Source: Cenarchaeum sp.
Lineage (GTDB): Archaea; Thermoproteota; Nitrososphaeria; Nitrososphaerales; Nitrosopumilaceae
Length of the DNA stretch: 64,000 bases
Direction: 5' to 3'
Assembly: GCA_965242695.1 (NCBI GenBank)
Contig: CBDESU010000002.1
Coordinates: 736,001 to 800,000 of the forward strand
Position 1 is the stretch's first letter. The number at the start of each line of letters is the position of its first letter. The position numbers were made by a program, and so were the translations under genes. This document shows positions 30,041 to 39,692 of the stretch, in pieces. The notes under the pieces were generated by a model. It was not told the DNA's origin. It did no database searches and saw nothing but the letters and a program-made list of their open reading frames with translations.

Positions 30041-30790
30041 TTGGCAGGGCTCACGCAGGCGCAGGTCGACGGCCTCAACTCGACCATCCGCACCGCCGAC
30101 GAGGCCCTGCGGTGGGCCTCGGACAACCTCCACCCCCGGGTGGCCAAGGCGTCGAGCTTTGGGGCCGAGGATGCGGCCGTCACGGACATGATGGTGCAGA
30201 TCAACCCAAGGTTCAGGTTCTTCACGCTCGACACGGGTCGCCTGCCAAAGGAGACGTACGAGGCCATGGACGCCGTCCGCAAGAGGTACGGCATAGACCT
30301 AGAGGTGCTGTTCCCCGACGCGACAGAGGTCGAGGAGATGGTCCGCACCAAGGGCGTCAACCTGTTCTACGACAGCGTAGAGAACCGCCGGCTGTGCTGC
30401 GCCGTGCGCAAGGTCCACCCGACGGCCCGCATCCTCAAGACGCTCGACGGCTGGATAACCGGGTTGCGGCGCGACCAGACGCCCGACCGCGCCGACGCCC
30501 GCATGTTCGAGCTCGACGAGTCGCGCGGCGGTCTGCTCAAGATCAACCCCATCATAGACTGGTCGCTGGAGCGGGTTTGGGATTATATTAGGAGCCGCGG
30601 GGTTCCCTACAACAAGTTGCTCGACGAGGGATACCCCAGCATTGGCTGCGCGCCGTGCACGCGCGCAGTAAAGCCCGGCGAGGATACGAGGGCCGGCCGG
30701 TGGTGGTGGGAGCAGGACGACCACAAGGAGTGCGGCCTGCACGTGGGGCCGGCCGGGCAACTCGAGCGCGGGGGCGAGGGCAGTGGCTGA
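30041..30790 (+). CDS. cysH: adenylyl-sulfate/phosphoadenylyl-sulfate reductase (Fe-S, APS type)
   Basis: [46 protein letters not shown] start inferred from TTATAA at about 30012. Confidence 0.93.
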   Translation: MAGLTQAQVDGLNSTIRTADEALRWASDNLHPRVAKASSFGAEDAAVTDMMVQINPRFRFFTLDTGRLPKETYEAMDAVRKRYGIDLEVLFPDATEVEEMVRTKGVNLFYDSVENRRLCCAVRKVHPTARILKTLDGWITGLRRDQTPDRADARMFELDESRGGLLKINPIIDWSLERVWDYIRSRGVPYNKLLDEGYPSIGCAPCTRAVKPGEDTRAGRWWWEQDDHKECGLHVGPAGQLERGGEGSG

Positions 30791-31931
30791 CGCCGCCTCC
30801 GCCCAGGGCATCAGGCCGCACGGCGGCCGGCTCGTGGACCGCCACTCCTCGACCGACACGTCCGGCATGGAGGCGTTCGACATACCGGCCGACCTGTCCA
30901 ACGACGTCGAGAATATAGCCGACGGCATATTCAGCCCGCTCGAGGGCTTTCTCACACGCGGCGACCTAGAGAGCGTGGTGAATGGCGGCCGCCTAGCGGA
31001 CGGGACGGCCTGGACCATACCGATCGTCCTCGACGCCGATGCGCAGGAGGCGGCCCGCATGCGGGACGCCGGCGACGTGCTGCTGCGCGGAGCCAACGGC
31101 GGCGAGGCCGTCCTGCACGTGGAGGAGTCGTACCCGTACGACAAAAAGGCCGTCGCGCTCGGCGTGTACGGGACGGACGACCCCGACCATCCGGGCGTGG
31201 CCCGCACGATGTCGATGCGCGACACGCTAGTCGGCGGCCGCATAGACCACACCCGCCGGCCGGCGGCGGACGAGTCGCGCCGGTACAGGCTCACCCCGAG
31301 CCAGACGCGCGCGGCCTTTGCCGAGTCCGGCTGGAAGACCGTATCGGCGTTCCAGACGCGCAACCCGCCGCACGTGGCCCACGAGATGCTCCAAAAGGCG
31401 TCCATTGCGACCAGGGACGGCGTGTTCGTCAACCCACTCATAGGCAGGAAGAAGGCCGGCGACTTTGCCGACGACGTGATCGTAAGGTGCTACGAGGCCG
31501 TCATCGAGCACTACTACCCGAGGGACAGGTGCAGGATGGCCACGCTGCACACGGAAATGCGCTACGCGGGGCCAAAGGAGGCCATACACCACGCGATAAT
31601 GAGGCAGAACTACGGCTGCACGCACATCATCATCGGCAGGGACCACGCCGGGGTGGGCAGCTACTACGACCCGTTCGCCGCGCACCGCATATTCGACGAC
31701 TATGGGGACCTGGATATCGAGCCGATATTCTTCCCCGCCTTCTTCTACTGCCGCAGGTGCCTGACGTACACCAACCCAAAGGCATGCCCGCACGGCGACG
31801 GCGACAGGGAGCAGATCAGCGGGACAAAGCTGCGGCAGATGATACAGGACGGGCAGGCGCCGAGCGAGTACATACTGCGCCCCGAGGCGTCCAGGATCAT
31901 ACTCGAGCACCCGGCGCCGTTCGTCTCCTAG
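30783..31931 (+). CDS. sat: sulfate adenylyltransferase
   Basis: [50 protein letters not shown]. Confidence 0.96.
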   Translation: MADAASAQGIRPHGGRLVDRHSSTDTSGMEAFDIPADLSNDVENIADGIFSPLEGFLTRGDLESVVNGGRLADGTAWTIPIVLDADAQEAARMRDAGDVLLRGANGGEAVLHVEESYPYDKKAVALGVYGTDDPDHPGVARTMSMRDTLVGGRIDHTRRPAADESRRYRLTPSQTRAAFAESGWKTVSAFQTRNPPHVAHEMLQKASIATRDGVFVNPLIGRKKAGDFADDVIVRCYEAVIEHYYPRDRCRMATLHTEMRYAGPKEAIHHAIMRQNYGCTHIIIGRDHAGVGSYYDPFAAHRIFDDYGDLDIEPIFFPAFFYCRRCLTYTNPKACPHGDGDREQISGTKLRQMIQDGQAPSEYILRPEASRIILEHPAPFVS

Positions 31932-31957
31932 CTCCGCGCGGATGGGCCGCCTTCTTC

Positions 31958-32542
31958 CTATCCGGCAAACCGCTCGTCCAGCCTGTAGGCGTCGACTACC
32001 TCGACGTTGAACATGGCGTCGATCTCGTCGGCGAACACGATAAAGTCGGCGTCGCGCGTCCAAAGCTCCACGCGTCGCCGCCTTGCATTCTGCGCGGCAG
32101 TCGACAAGATTATTGGATCGTTGCCCGAGCCGAGCGTTGGACGTGCCACATGGCGGCTTTTCCTCGAGTGCCACTCGGCAAACTTTCGGCTTTTCGGGTT
32201 GCTTCGCATCGCTTCGGACATTTCGTGCACCGCGTCGATAAGCGCGGGGTTGTTTAGACACACGCTGCCTCTTAGCCGGTCATTGATCACCGACCTGGCT
32301 CGGAGCCACACTATATCGGCGTGGTCTTTGTCTACCGTGTTTAGTATATCTTTGCGCAAGTTGTTCCGTGCCTCGTTGCACGCTGCGGCGGGGACGGACA
32401 CACAGTTTTTCCCCAGAAACTCCCCTAGATGCTTCCTTAGAATGGCAGCTTTGCTGTTTGTGCTTTGAAGGCCAAGTTCGAGCAACGCACGCTCCCGCGC
32501 ATAGTCGATTACCGCATTGGCATCAGTGTAGATTTCGGCCAT
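31958..32542 (-). CDS. PIN-domain (VapC-like) protein
   Basis: IYTDANAVI at the N-terminus, NDPIILSTA and LWTRDADF near the C-terminus give the PIN acidic pattern. Confidence 0.7.
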   Translation of the reverse strand: MAEIYTDANAVIDYARERALLELGLQSTNSKAAILRKHLGEFLGKNCVSVPAAACNEARNNLRKDILNTVDKDHADIVWLRARSVINDRLRGSVCLNNPALIDAVHEMSEAMRSNPKSRKFAEWHSRKSRHVARPTLGSGNDPIILSTAAQNARRRRVELWTRDADFIVFADEIDAMFNVEVVDAYRLDERFAG

Positions 32543-32600
32543 TGGATAACCGCCTTGTACGGCTCGCGCGTGCGACGTTCGGGGCGACCACCGGCTCGCA

Positions 32601-33971
32601 TCAGGGCGGATCGGCCGACAGTACCTCGGCCAGTGCGGCTTTTTCACGCTCGGTCAGTATCTCAGACAGCGGCCGATCGATCGGATCGTCGGCCAGGCCG
32701 CGGCACTTGCAGTATTCCGCCAGGCAGTAGTACAGGTCGCTGATCGAGGCCGGCAGCTCCCCCACGTAGAGCCGCCACTTTTGCCGCATCTTTGCGTACA
32801 GCACCCCTTCCTCGCCCACTTTTTCCCGCTCTGCCTCCGGCGGGGCATCGCTTATTTTCTGGCCTAGCCGCCTGAGCTGACCATGCATTTTTCCGATCAG
32901 AGCGCGCAACACTTGGCCGTCCCTTTTGCTGGACAATTTGGCGTCACACACAATTTCATAAACCGTCTTGATGGTGCCCGTGACAAAAAACACGTGATCG
33001 AACCGCGCCAATTCGATGTCGTCCTTGCACTTCGAGGTTGGATCAAGTCCAGCCAGAACCGCATCCTTTGGGTTGGTCGGCGCCTGGTGCCCGCCGCCCC
33101 TGCGGCTGCCCCAGGCGCGGATCAGCCCGTCTAGATCGGCCCTGATGCTGTCCATTGTGCGCGGACGGCGGCAGAGGCCGCATGCCTCTTCAAGAATGTC
33201 CGGGACGGCCTTGTCCGAGAGCCCCGCCGCGGCCCTGACGGCCGCCCTAGGCCATGGCGCCCTGTCCCCCTTGACGTATTCCAAGGCGTTTCTGCCCTCG
33301 TCGGTCAGGTCGTAGTAGTGCGGCTCGTTGAGCGGAAGCATCTCGGGGTCTACGTCGCCTATGATCCACCTCTGGTGGCCCCTCGGCGCCCGGCCCATCC
33401 TGCCGCCCAGCGGATCGTACGCGGCCGGATCGAATCGCACCCTGCCGTACATCTTCCGGCCAGCCTCCGCATCAACCACGGCGGCGGCGGCGCTCAGCAC
33501 CGCCCGCGAGTGGACGGGCCCGACGGAGTCGAGGGCAAGCATGGCGGCCCACATCCAAGGCGGTACGCTGCGTGGCTCGGGAGGAACGGCATCGACGGGC
33601 TCGGTTTTCAGTATGCGGCTCACCTCCCTCCCTAGGCTCGCCGCGATCTTCTTTTCGGCCTCCAGCTGGGCTCTGCTGGCAACGCCCGTCATGTAGTCGT
33701 ACACGGAGCAGGTTCGCGCCTCCTTTACCCATTCGGCCATTCCCGTATCCGGGTACAGCCTGCCGAGTAGCCATCCGCGCGCCCTGAGCCGGTGCTCTCG
33801 CATCTTGGTCCTTTTGGCCCGCGCCCCACTGTAGTAGTCTAGCGCCTTGCGGTACCCGCCGCGGGAGATGGCATCGCGCATGTAGGTGCCTATGAACTCG
33901 TCGTCGAGCACCGGCCTGCCGTACTGCTCCTGTAGCCTTGCGCGCGCCATGGCCCCGCCCCCGCCCGGCAT
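32601..33971 (-). CDS. hypothetical protein with a possible winged-helix segment
   Basis: 456 aa; YYDLTDEGRNAL resembles a wHTH wing motif; lies directly upstream of the PIN gene. Confidence 0.65.
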   Translation of the reverse strand: MPGGGGAMARARLQEQYGRPVLDDEFIGTYMRDAISRGGYRKALDYYSGARAKRTKMREHRLRARGWLLGRLYPDTGMAEWVKEARTCSVYDYMTGVASRAQLEAEKKIAASLGREVSRILKTEPVDAVPPEPRSVPPWMWAAMLALDSVGPVHSRAVLSAAAAVVDAEAGRKMYGRVRFDPAAYDPLGGRMGRAPRGHQRWIIGDVDPEMLPLNEPHYYDLTDEGRNALEYVKGDRAPWPRAAVRAAAGLSDKAVPDILEEACGLCRRPRTMDSIRADLDGLIRAWGSRRGGGHQAPTNPKDAVLAGLDPTSKCKDDIELARFDHVFFVTGTIKTVYEIVCDAKLSSKRDGQVLRALIGKMHGQLRRLGQKISDAPPEAEREKVGEEGVLYAKMRQKWRLYVGELPASISDLYYCLAEYCKCRGLADDPIDRPLSEILTEREKAALAEVLSADPP

Positions 33972-34080
33972 TCTATGAACCTACTGCCCGCCCCGCCTAA
34001 GCCTGATCTCCGCCCTGCACCGCCCAAGGCAGAGTCCGCGGCCGCCCTAGATATTTATCGCCGCGGGCCGGCCCCGTTCC

Positions 34081-34809
34081 GTGCGGACTACAGGCGGGCG
34101 CATCTCCGCTGCCGCCGTTCTGGCGCTTTTCCTTGCAGCGGCCGCCACCGCCGCCCTGCCGGAGCACCTGCCCCCCCTTCCGGCCGCCTCGGCCCAGGAT
34201 GTCAAGAACCCTTCCCTGTCGATCGAGACTGTCGAGCTGCGCGCGGCCGACTTTGGCACCACGGCGCGCGACGCGCCGGCCGAGGCGCTCGGCAGGGACC
34301 ACGCCGTCAGCTGGCAGGTGACGATAAGGAACTCGCTGCTCTACGAGCGGCCCGACGCCATCGCCGCCGTGAGGTTGCACGATGCGGCAGTCGACGGAAA
34401 GTTCATCGAGGTCGGCATGGGCAGCCCGCCGGACCGCAGGTTCTGGGTCGCAGTCCAGATACCCGGCGAGGAGGGCTACGTCGTGGTCCACCGAAACGCC
34501 GAGCGGGGGTGGAACCCTGACACGAACACGATAATCTCGTACACCGACCGCGCCGGCATGACGGTCAACAACGGCATGCGCATCGTCGTCTCGAACCTGG
34601 ACATCGGCGAGTTTGCCGTCGCCTCGTACTCTGCGTACGGGCTGGAGGGATCGGGCGACCCGCGTCCGGTCAACTCGGGGACGATGGCAGTCGAGTTCCT
34701 GTCGGGCGACCCTGCCGAGAACGTGTTCGCGTTCTTCCCGTTCTACGTGACGGCGGCCGTCGGCGCGCTCGTCGGCATCCTGTACCTGTCCAAGAAGAGG
34801 CAGGCGTAG
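34081..34809 (+). CDS. secreted protein with C-terminal membrane anchor
   Basis: Signal peptide, beta-rich domain, C-terminal TM followed by SKKRQA. Confidence 0.8.
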   Translation: MRTTGGRISAAAVLALFLAAAATAALPEHLPPLPAASAQDVKNPSLSIETVELRAADFGTTARDAPAEALGRDHAVSWQVTIRNSLLYERPDAIAAVRLHDAAVDGKFIEVGMGSPPDRRFWVAVQIPGEEGYVVVHRNAERGWNPDTNTIISYTDRAGMTVNNGMRIVVSNLDIGEFAVASYSAYGLEGSGDPRPVNSGTMAVEFLSGDPAENVFAFFPFYVTAAVGALVGILYLSKKRQA

Positions 34810-34836
34810 CGGCCGGGGCCGCGGCTCCCCCGCCCC

Positions 34837-35940
34837 TCAGGGCGCCGCGCCCGCGGGCTGCTCGCAGTCGACCGGCTCGAGCTTGAACAGTATGGTCTCT
34901 TCGGGGCCGCGATAGTACATTTCGCGGTTTGTCAGCGTCTCGTGCGAGCGGTACCGGAGGCACGACTTGAAGACGACGTCGTCGCTCCCGGCGGCGCGCT
35001 CGAAGAGCAGGATCGGGTACCCCTCCGGCCCCGAGTCGCGGATGGCGCGGTTCATCTTGACCATGCTCTGGTCGTAGCGCCCCTCGCCGGCGCACATGAC
35101 GATCCCGTCCTTTTCGTACGTCCTCCGGTCCCTGCGCTCCCGCACTATGAGAATGACGTGGTTCTTGACGCTCCTGCCGATCCGGCCGAGCATCAGCAGC
35201 CCGAACCGCCCCCTGAACTCCTCCAGGGTGAGGCGCTCGCCCTTGCGCGGCATGATCTTGCGAAGGTGTGCGGCCCGCTCGGCCATCTCCGCCGCCGTGG
35301 GCTCGCGCACGACGCGCTGCGCATCAATGATGCGCAGCCTGCCTCCCGTCGCCTCTTCGATCTCGGCGGCGAACGCGAGCAGGTTGCTCCTTATCGTGAC
35401 GAGGTCCGCCCCGGCGCCTCCCGCCCTTTCGGCCGCGCCGGCCGCCTCGGCCGCCTCCCGCCGGTCGCCCTCGGCGTGCGAGTACAGCAACTTGAAGATG
35501 GCGTCCGCCGCCGCCTTGTCGTCGGGGTACTTTTGCTCGTGGACGGAGTCGAGCAGCACGTCCACTCGGAGGTCCGCCCACCTCTCCATCGCCTTGTACT
35601 GCGGATCGTCGAGGGCCGCGTGGTACACGGCATCTATCCTGCCCTGCCACCGCTCGTGGCTCTCGCCGCCGGCCGCATCGCGCATCCGGGCCAGCTCTCC
35701 GAGCAGGAGGGGGCGCCTCTTGCCCCTCGGGCCACCCCGCGCCTTCGCATAGGCCACGGAGATTTCCCTCCCGCTCTTGGTGAGCGCGATCCTGTCGATG
35801 TTCGCCTCTACGTACTCGTAGAAGCGGTCGGGCAGGAACGCGTATACCGAGTTTGGCATCTTGCGCTTGATTGCGACCGTTGCGGCAAGGACGTCGCCGA
35901 GGATCACGATGCGCTCGCCGCCCGCCGCCCGCCCCTGCAT
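34837..35940 (-). CDS. hypothetical protein with C-terminal SRA-like domain
   Basis: YEKDGIVMCAGEGRYDQSMVKMNRAIRDS..GYPILLFE; ATG lies 1 nt after the stop of the last TPR gene. Confidence 0.6.
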   Translation of the reverse strand: MQGRAAGGERIVILGDVLAATVAIKRKMPNSVYAFLPDRFYEYVEANIDRIALTKSGREISVAYAKARGGPRGKRRPLLLGELARMRDAAGGESHERWQGRIDAVYHAALDDPQYKAMERWADLRVDVLLDSVHEQKYPDDKAAADAIFKLLYSHAEGDRREAAEAAGAAERAGGAGADLVTIRSNLLAFAAEIEEATGGRLRIIDAQRVVREPTAAEMAERAAHLRKIMPRKGERLTLEEFRGRFGLLMLGRIGRSVKNHVILIVRERRDRRTYEKDGIVMCAGEGRYDQSMVKMNRAIRDSGPEGYPILLFERAAGSDDVVFKSCLRYRSHETLTNREMYYRGPEETILFKLEPVDCEQPAGAAP

Positions 35941-35941
35941 C

Positions 35942-37525
35942 CTACCTCCCGCCTCCCCCTGCGCCCCCCGGCCCGCGGCCCGCAAGCGCGGCGGCCGCGT
36001 TGTCCAGCAGGGCCCCCGTCTTGGCGTCTATGGTGCCGGCTATGCCGGGGCAGGACTTCTTGGCGTCCTCCCAGTGCCCCAGGGCCTCTTTCATGCGGCC
36101 TGCCCGCAGCTCGGCGGCGATTCGCGCCATCTGCGCGGCCCGGTTGCCCGGATCCATCTCGACCGCCCTCTCGCAGCAGGCCAGCGCCTCCCCCGGGCGA
36201 TCCGAGCCGATCAGCGCGGCCTTCATGGCCAGCGCCATTGCGTTGCCCGGCTCGATCCCGAGGGCCCTGTCTATGCACTCGAGGGCCTCCCTGTTCCGGC
36301 CCAGCCCGCCGAGCGCGTCGGCCCTCGTCGTCAGTACGCCGGCGTTGCCCGGCTCGATCTTGTCGGCCTTGTCGGCCCACTTGAGGGCCGCCTTGTGCCT
36401 GTCCCGCTTGTTGAGTATCTCCGCCTTTAGCTTGTACGCCTGCGCGCGGCTCGCGCCGGCCTTGACGGCCCCGTTGCAGCATGCCAGGGCCTCTTTTGCC
36501 AGGCCCTCGCCGAGCAGGATCACCGCCCTCGCCTGGTAGGCGGGCCAGTACCTTGGGTCCGCCCTGATGGCCCTGCCGAGCCACACGAGCGCCCTTTGGC
36601 GCCGCCCGAGCCTGTCTAGCGCGGCGCCGCCTGCAATGAGCGCCTGTGCGTTGCGCGGGTTGATCTTGAGGGCCCTGCGGGCCTCCGCGAGGGCTCCGTC
36701 ATAGCGCCCAAGGATCAGCAGCGAGCCGGCCATGCCGGTGTGCGCGTGCACAATGTCGGGGTCGGACTTGGCTGCCCTGCGGTACGCCCTGGCTGCCCTG
36801 CGGTACGACTTGACGGCCTCTTCGTGGCGGCCGGCCCCTGCAAGCATGTTGCCCAGGGTCCGGTGCGCAATCGCAGAGTCGGGGCTGTCCCTTGCCGCGG
36901 CCCTGCACCCCTCAACGGCCTCTTCGTGGCGGCCGAGGGCCAGCAGCGAGAGGCCCCTTATGCCGTGCAGCGTGTTTTCGGACTCTGCTACAAGGCCCGT
37001 GCCGCACCTCTTGATCCCCTCGTCGCAGCATGCGATGGCCTCTTCGTGCCTCTCCGCATCCATGAGGCACTCGGCCTTTTCTCCCCAGAACCGCGTGCTC
37101 GTCGGGTTGTTCTCGATTCCCCCGTCGCAGTACCCTAGCACCTCGTCGTCGGCCGCGCCGGATTTTGCCAGCGCGTCTACCAGGACCCATCGGGCGTCCT
37201 CGTTGCCGGGATCCATTTCCAAGGCCCTCCTGCCGTACCTCGCGGACACTTCGCAGTCGTCCCCCCAGTAGTACGCATCGGCGCAGGCGGCCAGCGAGTC
37301 GGCATCGCTCGGCTCGAGCCTGGCCGCCTCGCGCATCGCCTCGGCGGCCTCCTCCGGCCGGTTCATGGCCCACAGGGCGCGCGACCTTCCGGCATGCGCG
37401 AGGGCCATGCCCGGGTCGGCCTTTACGGCCCTGTCGCAGGCGGCGAGCATCTTTTCATGCTCCGCCTCCCGTGCCCACGCCTTGATCTTCTTGGCCAGCC
37501 CTTTGGCGTCGGCCTTTCCGCCCAT
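35942..37525 (-). CDS. TPR repeat protein (array copy 4)
   Basis: Multiple TPR motifs; paralogue of the three upstream genes. Confidence 0.9.
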   Translation of the reverse strand: MGGKADAKGLAKKIKAWAREAEHEKMLAACDRAVKADPGMALAHAGRSRALWAMNRPEEAAEAMREAARLEPSDADSLAACADAYYWGDDCEVSARYGRRALEMDPGNEDARWVLVDALAKSGAADDEVLGYCDGGIENNPTSTRFWGEKAECLMDAERHEEAIACCDEGIKRCGTGLVAESENTLHGIRGLSLLALGRHEEAVEGCRAAARDSPDSAIAHRTLGNMLAGAGRHEEAVKSYRRAARAYRRAAKSDPDIVHAHTGMAGSLLILGRYDGALAEARRALKINPRNAQALIAGGAALDRLGRRQRALVWLGRAIRADPRYWPAYQARAVILLGEGLAKEALACCNGAVKAGASRAQAYKLKAEILNKRDRHKAALKWADKADKIEPGNAGVLTTRADALGGLGRNREALECIDRALGIEPGNAMALAMKAALIGSDRPGEALACCERAVEMDPGNRAAQMARIAAELRAGRMKEALGHWEDAKKSCPGIAGTIDAKTGALLDNAAAALAGRGPGGAGGGGR

Positions 37526-37541
37526 GCGGCCGCCCCCGCCA

Positions 37542-37563
37542 GCGGGCCGGTATAACCATACCG
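37542..37563 (-). promoter_or_regulatory. conserved promoter with TATA box inside an inverted repeat
   Basis: GCGGGCCGGTATAACCATACCG; TTATA about 25 nt upstream of ATG 37525. Confidence 0.75.
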
Positions 37564-37583
37564 GCGCGGACGCAGCCCCCGCC

Positions 37584-39542
37584 CTACTTTTCGGCGGAGC
37601 CCTTGCCGGCCGCCTCGGCGGCCTCGTCCATCTCGGCGGCCGCCTCGGCCCCCATGGCCTCGGCTATGTCGGGGCAGGCCTTCTTGGCCTCCTTCCAGTG
37701 GCCTATCGCATCGTCCATCCGGTCCAGCTTCATCTCGGCGGCGATCCGCATTACATGCGCGCTGGTGCTGAGCGGATCCGCGCCGATCGCCCTCTCGCAG
37801 CAGGCCAGCGCCTCCTCACCCCGATCCAGGCCAATCAGCGCGCCGGCCTTTATGGCCAGCGCGTTGGCGCCGTCCGGCGCCGTCTTGGCCACCCTGTCTA
37901 TGCACTCGAGCGCCTCTTCGTTCCGGCGCAGGCTGCAGAGTATGTCGGCCCTCGTCGTCAGGATGCTGGGGTTGTCGGGCTCGAGCCGCGCCGCCCTGTC
38001 CACCCATACGAGCGCCTTTGCGCGCCTGCCCATCTTGCCGAGTATGATGGCCTTTAGCTCGCACGCCTGCGCGGGCCCCGCGCCCGCCTTTATGGCCCTG
38101 TTGCAGCACTTGAGCGCGGCCCCCATGTCCCCCTCCGCCAGCAGGATCGTCGCCCTGTCCCGGTAGGCCGGCCATTGCTTTGGCTTTGCCCTTATGGCCC
38201 TGCCGAGCCACGCGAGCGCCTTTCGGCGCCGGCCGAGCACGAGCAGCGCAGCCGCGCCCGTAACGTGCGCGTGGTCGTTTCGCGGGTCGAGCTTTGCGGC
38301 CCTGCGCGCCTCGCCGAGGGCCTCCTTGGTCCGGCCCTGCGCGATCAGCGAGCCGGACAGCCCGACGTACGTCTCGGACAGGCTGGGATCCACCTTGGCT
38401 GCCGCGCGGAACGACTCGGCCGCCTCTTCGTGCCGCCCGGCCCCTGCGAGCACGGTTCCCAGGGAAAAGTGCGCCGCCGCCGCAATGTCGGGCTCGGCCT
38501 TCTCCGCGGCCGCCCTGCACAGCTCGATTGCCTCCTCGTGCCGGCCGAGCTTTGAGAGCGCGTTGCCCTTGATCATCAGATCCCTGGCGCCGCCGGAGTC
38601 TGCCCCCCCGGTCCTGCCCGCCTCGAGCGCCTCCTCGTGCCGGCCGAGCATCGAGAGCAGGCACGCCCTCAGGGTGGGCGCCTCGTGCAGCTTTGGGTCC
38701 AGCTCAAGCGCCCTGTCGACGCTTTTTAGCGACTCCTTGAGGCGGCCGAGCCCCATGAGGGGGCCGGCCAGCGAGTACTGCGCCTGGGCATCGCGCGGGG
38801 CGATCCTCACGGCCTCTTCGGCATCCCTGAGCGAGTCCTTGTGGCGCCTCAGCTTGTACAGAGAGTACGACCTGGACATGCGCATGTGCAGGCCCGTGTC
38901 TCCGGCCGCAATCGCCTCGTCGTAGGCCTTGACCGCCTCCTCGTGCCGGTCGCTGTCCCGCAGCGCCAGGCCCCTTATGGTGTGCAGCGAGTCGCCGCCC
39001 CCGTCCACCAGGGCCGTGCCGCACGCGACGGCGGCCTCTTCGCAGCACTCGACGGCCTCGTCGTACCGATCTGCATTCCTGAGCTGCTCGGCCTTTCTGG
39101 CCCGGAACCGCGCGCTGGTCGGGTTGTTCTCGATCCCCTCCTCGCAGCACCGCAGTATCTCTTCGGTCTCGGCCTTGGATGCCGCCAGCGCCCATATCAG
39201 GGCCTCGCGGGCGTCCTCGCTGCCGGGATCCGCCCCTAGGGCGCTCTTGGCGTACTTGACGGCCTCTTCGCCGTCCTTTCCCATGCTGCAGGCGTTGGCG
39301 CAGAACGCAAGCGCATCGGCATCGGCGGGCTCGAGCCTGGCTGCCTCGCGCATCGCCTCGGCGGCCTCCTCCGGCCTGTTCGCCGCCCGCAGCGCGATCG
39401 ACCTTGCGGCATGCGCGAGGGCCAGGCTCGGGTCGGCCTTGATGGCCTTGTCGCAGGCGGCCAAGAGGCCCTCGTGGTCCCTCTCTTGGATCATCCGCCT
39501 GGCCCTTTGGGCCAGCTCCCCCGCATCGGACTCCCCGCCCAT
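37584..39542 (-). CDS. TPR repeat protein (array copy 3)
   Basis: MGGESDAGE start fixed by promoter spacing; TPR motifs throughout. Confidence 0.9.
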   Translation of the reverse strand: MGGESDAGELAQRARRMIQERDHEGLLAACDKAIKADPSLALAHAARSIALRAANRPEEAAEAMREAARLEPADADALAFCANACSMGKDGEEAVKYAKSALGADPGSEDAREALIWALAASKAETEEILRCCEEGIENNPTSARFRARKAEQLRNADRYDEAVECCEEAAVACGTALVDGGGDSLHTIRGLALRDSDRHEEAVKAYDEAIAAGDTGLHMRMSRSYSLYKLRRHKDSLRDAEEAVRIAPRDAQAQYSLAGPLMGLGRLKESLKSVDRALELDPKLHEAPTLRACLLSMLGRHEEALEAGRTGGADSGGARDLMIKGNALSKLGRHEEAIELCRAAAEKAEPDIAAAAHFSLGTVLAGAGRHEEAAESFRAAAKVDPSLSETYVGLSGSLIAQGRTKEALGEARRAAKLDPRNDHAHVTGAAALLVLGRRRKALAWLGRAIRAKPKQWPAYRDRATILLAEGDMGAALKCCNRAIKAGAGPAQACELKAIILGKMGRRAKALVWVDRAARLEPDNPSILTTRADILCSLRRNEEALECIDRVAKTAPDGANALAIKAGALIGLDRGEEALACCERAIGADPLSTSAHVMRIAAEMKLDRMDDAIGHWKEAKKACPDIAEAMGAEAAAEMDEAAEAAGKGSAEK

Positions 39543-39557
39543 GCGGCCGGCGGGCAC

Positions 39558-39579
39558 GCGGGCCGGTATAACCATACCG
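39558..39579 (-). promoter_or_regulatory. conserved promoter with TATA box inside an inverted repeat
   Basis: Identical 22-mer, TATA about 25 nt upstream of ATG 39542. Confidence 0.75.
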
Positions 39580-39692
39580 CCCCGCCCGCCCGCTGCCGCC
39601 GCGGGGACGCTGCCCCGCCCCGCGCCAGCCGCGGCGGCCGCCCGCCCGCCCGCCCGCCGCTGATCGGCCCCCGCCGCTTCTACCTGCGCCGC

